64,000 bases of DNA from an uncultured Desulfobulbus sp. (GTDB lineage: Bacteria > Desulfobacterota > Desulfobulbia > Desulfobulbales > Desulfobulbaceae). How positions within the stretch are numbered: the stretch's first letter is position 1; each line of letters opens with the position of its first letter. The translations under genes and the position numbers were made by a program. Under the pieces are notes generated by a model. That model was given only the letters and a program-made list of their open reading frames with translations, was not told where the DNA came from and ran no database searches. Below are positions 58,845-64,000 of the stretch, one piece after another. The stretch lies in the NCBI GenBank assembly GCA_963664075.1, contig OY760916.1:4124710-4188709 (forward strand), read 5' to 3'.

Positions 58845-60563
58845 ATGTTCACCGTCGACGATATCCTGCATCAGTACTACCCAAAATTCAGTGATCGCCC
58901 TCTGATTACACCGCCGTTGCGCATATTGCTTCGCCGTTTACTGCGAGAACGAGAGTTTGTTCGCTTTGCCCTGGAGTATCCCCATCTTCAAGGGATGGAT
59001 TTCGTTGAGCAGGTTTTAGAAACCCTACAGGTCACCTACGCACTCAACGACCGTGAACGGGAAAACATCCCCGTCAGTGGCCGGGTGATGATTGTGGCCA
59101 ATCATCCCATTGGCAGCCTGGACGGTCTGGCGCTCCTGAAGCTGATACACGAGGTACGCTCGGATGTACGCATAGTTGGTAATGATCTTCTGGAGGCAAT
59201 CAAACCTTTACGTCCCTGCCTGCTCTCGGTCAAGGTCATGACAGGGAACACACTCAAGGCACAGATCGCTCAAATCGATCAGGCACTAGCCAATGAAGAG
59301 GCGGTGATTATTTTTCCTGCTGGTGAAGTTTCCCGCTTCGGCACCAAGGGAATCAAAGACGGGCGTTGGCAAAAAGGATTTCTTCGCCTGGCCACCCGGG
59401 CTAAGGCACCAATTCTCCCCATCCATATTCGCGGTCGTAATTCGCTCTCCTTTTATACAACCTCAGCCGTTGCCAAACCTCTCTCTACTCTGATGCTGAT
59501 TGGTGAAATGTTTCGTAAGCAGAAAAAACCGCTGCACATGACCATTGGAGGACTCATTCCCTACAGCGCCTATGAGGGGCTCAAACTCCGCCCAAAAGAC
59601 AAACTGGCCCTGTTTCGAAAACACCTTTATCGGGTGGGTGCCGGCAAAAAAGGCATTTTTGCCACAGAAACTGCCATTGCTCGCCCCGAGCGACGGATTG
59701 TGCTCAAACAAAATATAAACCAGGGGGAACTCCTGGGAAAAACACCCGATGGAAAAGAGATTTACCTCTTTCGTGGTAATGAACATTCCTCGGTAATGCG
59801 GGAGATTGCTCGCTTACGGGAAATAACCTTTCGATCCGTGGGGGAGGGGACCGGAAAACGCAGAGATACTGATAGCTACGATCGCTACTATCACCATCTG
59901 GTGCTCTGGTCGACTGAGGATCTGGAAATTGTCGGGGCCTATCGTTTTGCCGACGTAGGCAAAGTGATGCAGAAACACGGGGTGGAAGGACTCTACAGTC
60001 ACAGCCTCTTTCATTTTCAACCGAGCCATGTTCCCTACCTCGAACAGGGATTAGAACTTGGACGCAGCTTTATTCAGCAAAAATACTGGGGAAAACGGAG
60101 CCTGGACTATCTCTGGTACGGTATTGGCGCTTTTTTACGCAATAATCCGCAGTACCGCTATCTCTTTGGACCTGTAAGCATCAGTAATACCATGCCGCAG
60201 ATGGCTAAAGAACTGCTCATTTTCTTTTACAAGCTCTACTTCACCGACAGTGGTTATCAGCCCTGTTCACGTAACCCTTTTCGTTTTTCTCTGCCAGTGA
60301 CTGATCTTGCAGCATCTTTTGTCGGTAATAATTACCGGCAAGATCTGGTGCATCTCAAATCATTGCTTGGCTCCATGGGGGTATCCATTCCTACCCTCTA
60401 TAAACAGTACACCGAACTCTGTCCCCCCGGTGGTGTTCTCTTTTTGGATTTCAATGTCGATCGAGATTTTGGAAACTGCGTAGATGGACTGGTCGTTGTC
60501 GATATCATGCAACTCAAACCTCAAAAACGTAAACGCTATATTGAAGAATCCTTAAATCATTAA
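58845..60563 (+). CDS. Bifunctional acyltransferase (PlsC-like + GNAT), OlsF-like ornithine lipid synthase
   Basis: N-terminal VANHPIGSLDG and FPAGEVSR; C-terminal LREITFR, VGAYR, LELGRSFI, DFGNCVDG. Confidence 0.8.
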   Translation: MFTVDDILHQYYPKFSDRPLITPPLRILLRRLLREREFVRFALEYPHLQGMDFVEQVLETLQVTYALNDRERENIPVSGRVMIVANHPIGSLDGLALLKLIHEVRSDVRIVGNDLLEAIKPLRPCLLSVKVMTGNTLKAQIAQIDQALANEEAVIIFPAGEVSRFGTKGIKDGRWQKGFLRLATRAKAPILPIHIRGRNSLSFYTTSAVAKPLSTLMLIGEMFRKQKKPLHMTIGGLIPYSAYEGLKLRPKDKLALFRKHLYRVGAGKKGIFATETAIARPERRIVLKQNINQGELLGKTPDGKEIYLFRGNEHSSVMREIARLREITFRSVGEGTGKRRDTDSYDRYYHHLVLWSTEDLEIVGAYRFADVGKVMQKHGVEGLYSHSLFHFQPSHVPYLEQGLELGRSFIQQKYWGKRSLDYLWYGIGAFLRNNPQYRYLFGPVSISNTMPQMAKELLIFFYKLYFTDSGYQPCSRNPFRFSLPVTDLAASFVGNNYRQDLVHLKSLLGSMGVSIPTLYKQYTELCPPGGVLFLDFNVDRDFGNCVDGLVVVDIMQLKPQKRKRYIEESLNH

Positions 60564-60599
60564 AATAATATCAAAATTAATGGGGGATGGGCTTTCCCC

Positions 60600-62768
60600 T
60601 TACCGTTTTTTACCCATCATTGCCTTTTTCATATTTATTCTGCTGGCCTCGGCCAATCGTTTTTCCGTCTGTTTGATCAGTTGACGATGGATACAGATTG
60701 TGCCGATTCGGCCAGTTGAAACCCGCTGCGCATAACTGCCATCGGCCTGCATCTCCCATACATTACGCTTATTGGCCAGCTGTAAATCAAGCCATTGCCG
60801 CAACTGCTTACGCAGTTTAGGCGCCTCCACTGGTGTGCAGATCTCAACCCGACTCTCAAGGTTGCGCTGCATCAGGTCGGCTGATCCGATGAAATACTCC
60901 TCATCCCCCTGGTTACGAAAATAAAATAACCGTGCGTGCTCAAGAAAGCGCCCCACTAGAGAAATAACTCGAATATTTTCAGAGAGGCCGAGAATACCAG
61001 GACGCAGCCGACAGGTATCCCGAATAATCAGATCGATCTGTACCCCGGCCTGTGAAGCCTTATACAAGGCAGCAATGACCTCTCGATCTTCCAGAGCGTT
61101 GGTTTTAAGCTGAATAAGGCCTGGTTGTTCCGGGGTATGCCCACGGACCTCACGTTCAATTTTTTTAATCAACGCCTTTTTAAACATCCGCGGCGAAGGT
61201 AACAGCTTGCGGTAATGGCGCATGGGAGTGTAGCCGGTGGTGAGATAGTTAAAGAGTTCTGTCAGGTCCGCTCCAATATCACTATCACAGGTAAAGAGCC
61301 CCAGGTCACTATACATACGAGCAGTTCCCGAGTGGTAGTTACCGGTACCGATATGAGCGTACCGGCGTAATCCGTTAAAATCTTTTCGAATTACAAAAAT
61401 AACCTTACAGTGAGTCTTCAGTCCGACAACACCGTAGGTTACATGGATCCCTGCCTCTTCAAGATACTCTGCCCAGCGGATATTGGCCTGTTCATCAAAG
61501 CGGGCTTTCAACTCAACAACCACAGCAACCTGTTTGCCGTTGCGGGCAGCGTCAATGAGGTATTCAATAACTCGAGAATCGCCAGCGGTTCGATAAAGCG
61601 TCATTTTGATAGCCCGCACCTTGGGATCAGTACTAGCCTCACGCAGATAGCGCTCTACCGAGGTGTTAAACGATTCATAGGGATGCTGAACTAAAATCGA
61701 TCCGTTTTTACGGATCACATGAAAAATATTAGGATCTTCATCGAGCAGTACCGGGTGATCCAAGGGTTTATGCGGTTCGTATCGCAGTTCAGGCCTGTCG
61801 AGTTTGGCAATCTGAAACAGATCTCTCTTCCCTATAATTCCATCAACTTCAAAAACATCACGAAACTCATCTACACCTAACTCTGCAGCCAACATACCTC
61901 GGTGGAGCGGTTCCATATCTTTATCTACTTCCAGGCGCACAATCTCGGCAAATTTCCGTTCACGCAGGGCCGACTCAATCACTTGCAAAAGGTCGTTTGC
62001 CTGCTCCTGATGGGGTTCGGTAATGGCATTTCTTGTTACTCGAAAAATCTCGCAGCTCTCCACCACCATCTCTGGAAATAAAACTTCAAGGTTATTTGAG
62101 ATCAGGTCTTCCAGAGTAATGAAATGACCGTTTTCACCAAAGGAAAGAAAACGGGGCATATCCTCGCTGACCGGTACCTTGATACGGTTCATATAGGTGT
62201 GTTCACTATCGGGATAACGCACACTGACAAGCAGGTTGATCGAAAGATTTGAAATAAAGGGGAAAGGGTGTGCCGGATCCATCCCCTGGGGTGTGAGCAT
62301 AGGATAGACCTGATCAAGAAAATATTGTTCAGCCTCTTCTTTTTCCTCAGGATTCAAATCGGCATAAGCTACGAGACGAATATGTTTACGACTGAGATGC
62401 CGTTTCAACTCTTCTTCGAGTTCTTCCTGCTGCAGCAGAATATCTCGCACTTCAATATGACAGGCATCAATCTGCTCTTGGGGTAAACGACCATCAACCG
62501 AAAGTTCACGTACACCGGCGCCCACCTGTTGCTTGAGGCCACCGATACGTTTCATAAAAAACTCATCCAGATTGGACCCCACCACTGCAAGAAAAAAAAC
62601 ACGATCCAGAAGCGGTACTCGCTCATCCTGACCTTCATGGAGGACCCGACGGTTAAACGCAAGCCATGTTAACTCCCGGTTCAGGTACCATTCCGGAGAT
62701 TCCAGGTCTGTGATCAACTTGGGAGCTTCTTCTTTTGTAACTTCAGGCTCAGACACTATTTCTTCCAT
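60600..62768 (-). CDS. ppk1: Polyphosphate kinase 1
   Basis: NRELTWLAFN, HPFPFISN, QHPYESF, KMTLYRT, KTHCK, GRFLEHAR, SADLMQRN. Confidence 0.96.
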   Translation of the reverse strand: MEEIVSEPEVTKEEAPKLITDLESPEWYLNRELTWLAFNRRVLHEGQDERVPLLDRVFFLAVVGSNLDEFFMKRIGGLKQQVGAGVRELSVDGRLPQEQIDACHIEVRDILLQQEELEEELKRHLSRKHIRLVAYADLNPEEKEEAEQYFLDQVYPMLTPQGMDPAHPFPFISNLSINLLVSVRYPDSEHTYMNRIKVPVSEDMPRFLSFGENGHFITLEDLISNNLEVLFPEMVVESCEIFRVTRNAITEPHQEQANDLLQVIESALRERKFAEIVRLEVDKDMEPLHRGMLAAELGVDEFRDVFEVDGIIGKRDLFQIAKLDRPELRYEPHKPLDHPVLLDEDPNIFHVIRKNGSILVQHPYESFNTSVERYLREASTDPKVRAIKMTLYRTAGDSRVIEYLIDAARNGKQVAVVVELKARFDEQANIRWAEYLEEAGIHVTYGVVGLKTHCKVIFVIRKDFNGLRRYAHIGTGNYHSGTARMYSDLGLFTCDSDIGADLTELFNYLTTGYTPMRHYRKLLPSPRMFKKALIKKIEREVRGHTPEQPGLIQLKTNALEDREVIAALYKASQAGVQIDLIIRDTCRLRPGILGLSENIRVISLVGRFLEHARLFYFRNQGDEEYFIGSADLMQRNLESRVEICTPVEAPKLRKQLRQWLDLQLANKRNVWEMQADGSYAQRVSTGRIGTICIHRQLIKQTEKRLAEASRINMKKAMMGKKR

Positions 62769-62798
62769 GGTGGTGGCACATATAGGTAAAAAAAGGGG

Positions 62799-62836
62799 CT
62801 AGAATCCGGGTGCAACCACTCTGTCACGGACTCTAA
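62799..62836. repeat. Possible degenerate short MITE derivative upstream of ppk1
   Basis: TAGAATCCG...GTCACGGACTCTA palindrome resembling 40549-40588. Confidence 0.35.
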
Positions 62837-63155
62837 TAAATATTTAAGGGATTTATCTTTACACCAAAAAAATTTGGTTTTGATTAAATTTAGCCTTTTC
62901 CGACAAAACTCGAGAAAAATATTTTCAGTGATTTTTTTATTGCGGCATTTTTTGGAGCGACAGGGTAGTTTTGATTCCGAAAAAGAGGTATAATTACTCG
63001 AATACTCAGACAAACGACCAAGTTACTCTTTTTTATCTTATCCTGACGTATCCTTAATGGGTTTATGTTTTTTCTTTCCCTTGAAAAAACACTTTGCTAG
63101 GTCTAATTGTCAAATTTCTGGCATCCCTCTACCCCTATATCTGCCTTGAAATTCT

Positions 63156-64000
63156 ATGGGTAAAACGACTCAAACGCCTATATTTCTCTTTTTTATCACC
63201 CTTCTTCAGGCTCAATTCCTGAATGCTACCCCACATACCTCGCAAATCAAGCAAGTTAGCCCCGAATCTGCGATCGAGTGGCACGACGATTTTGTCAGCA
63301 ATAATACAGTTACTGTCCAGCTTCTAGCCATTAATGAGGCGAATGACACAACACTTGCGCCTTCCCTAAGTTCCCAGTCTTATGATACAAGCAAACCAAT
63401 TATTGCTGGCTACCTGAAAAAAGTCGAAGCCCAAATGCCCGGTGCTACCTTCTTTCTCCACACTGGATATCAAACTCAGATGCACCAGGCAGGGCTTATT
63501 CAACATTCAACCAAGTTTGAAAGGAACCTGTTCACCATGCTTGGCAATTCGCACTGTCATCCGAGTGGTGGATATGATAGAGAATGTAATTTTATAGGGA
63601 TTCCAGATAATAACGAATTTCTCCAGGGGGTAGAAGAGATATCGCATCTGCTGTATGGCTCTCAATCTGGGCAATCCAATTATCAGCAAAACTCATTTCC
63701 CTCTCTCTGCACCAACCTTGTAGAAACAGAAAGTAAACGCCCGGTTTTCCTTCCCTATGTTGTTCGCTTGGTGGACGGAGTTCCCATTGGCTTTATTGGC
63801 GTACTGCTCAAATCAGAACACAACGAAAAACTAGTCAATGATAAGGAGCACCTGACAATCAGAGACGAAGCCGAGTCTGTCAATGAGTATGTTACAATTC
63901 TTCAAGGCCTGGGAGTGCATACCATTGTGGTTATGATCCACCAGGGAAATAAAGATCAGACTGAAGTAACACCTCAAAAAACGGCAGAGGATAATCCCCA
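63156..64000 (+). CDS. Exported 5'-nucleotidase-like metallophosphoesterase, degenerate, runs off the window end
   Basis: Manual translation is open from ATG 63156 to the window end: VQLLAINE, AGYLKK, DNNEF, PYVVRLVDGVPIGFIG, DEAESVN, GVHTIVVMIHQG. Confidence 0.75.
   Translation, partial: MGKTTQTPIFLFFITLLQAQFLNATPHTSQIKQVSPESAIEWHDDFVSNNTVTVQLLAINEANDTTLAPSLSSQSYDTSKPIIAGYLKKVEAQMPGATFFLHTGYQTQMHQAGLIQHSTKFERNLFTMLGNSHCHPSGGYDRECNFIGIPDNNEFLQGVEEISHLLYGSQSGQSNYQQNSFPSLCTNLVETESKRPVFLPYVVRLVDGVPIGFIGVLLKSEHNEKLVNDKEHLTIRDEAESVNEYVTILQGLGVHTIVVMIHQGNKDQTEVTPQKTAEDNP

Overview
This 64 kb window looks like chromosome of an anaerobic sulfate-reducer-type bacterium; Desulfobulbaceae/Desulfobacterota is inferred from gene content only. 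It carries a methanogen-type homocysteine module (COG2122, NIL-ferredoxin, DUF39), acnA, an M48 peptidase with two YbjQ genes, a B12 radical SAM enzyme and a REP-associated tyrosine transposase (RAYT) inside a 78-bp direct repeat. It also has a PAS/PocR hybrid kinase, a heme-c MCP, a frameshifted TetR before an MFP-RND-MATE efflux cluster, metF, plsY, def-fmt-pgpA and a complete hdrACB-mvhDGA-protease operon. The right half holds dapL, pyrG-kdsA-kdsC-lptC, an amino acid ABC transporter, pal, an oxygen-defence cluster (Fur/PerR, peroxiredoxin, desulfoferrodoxin, rubredoxin, DsrE-like, FprA), gatCA-hisC-cmk, an HD-GYP regulator and a phosphate-related region (DUF1045, PhoH, OlsF-like, ppk1). No rRNA, tRNA or CRISPR array was seen. 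The main unexplained signals are: (i) an apparent 218-bp MITE family with up to 5 copies or fragments, whose internal ~100-nt hairpin shows compensatory substitutions and strong one-strand G-T bias; (ii) several further small intergenic repeat families, one abutting stop codons; (iii) a RAYT with a relic second RAYT 3' end upstream; (iv) three intact ORFs of three different phosphoesterase folds that all lack their usual metal ligands; (v) a multi-stem leader upstream of hdrA. All alignments and pair counts were done by eye and need computational confirmation.
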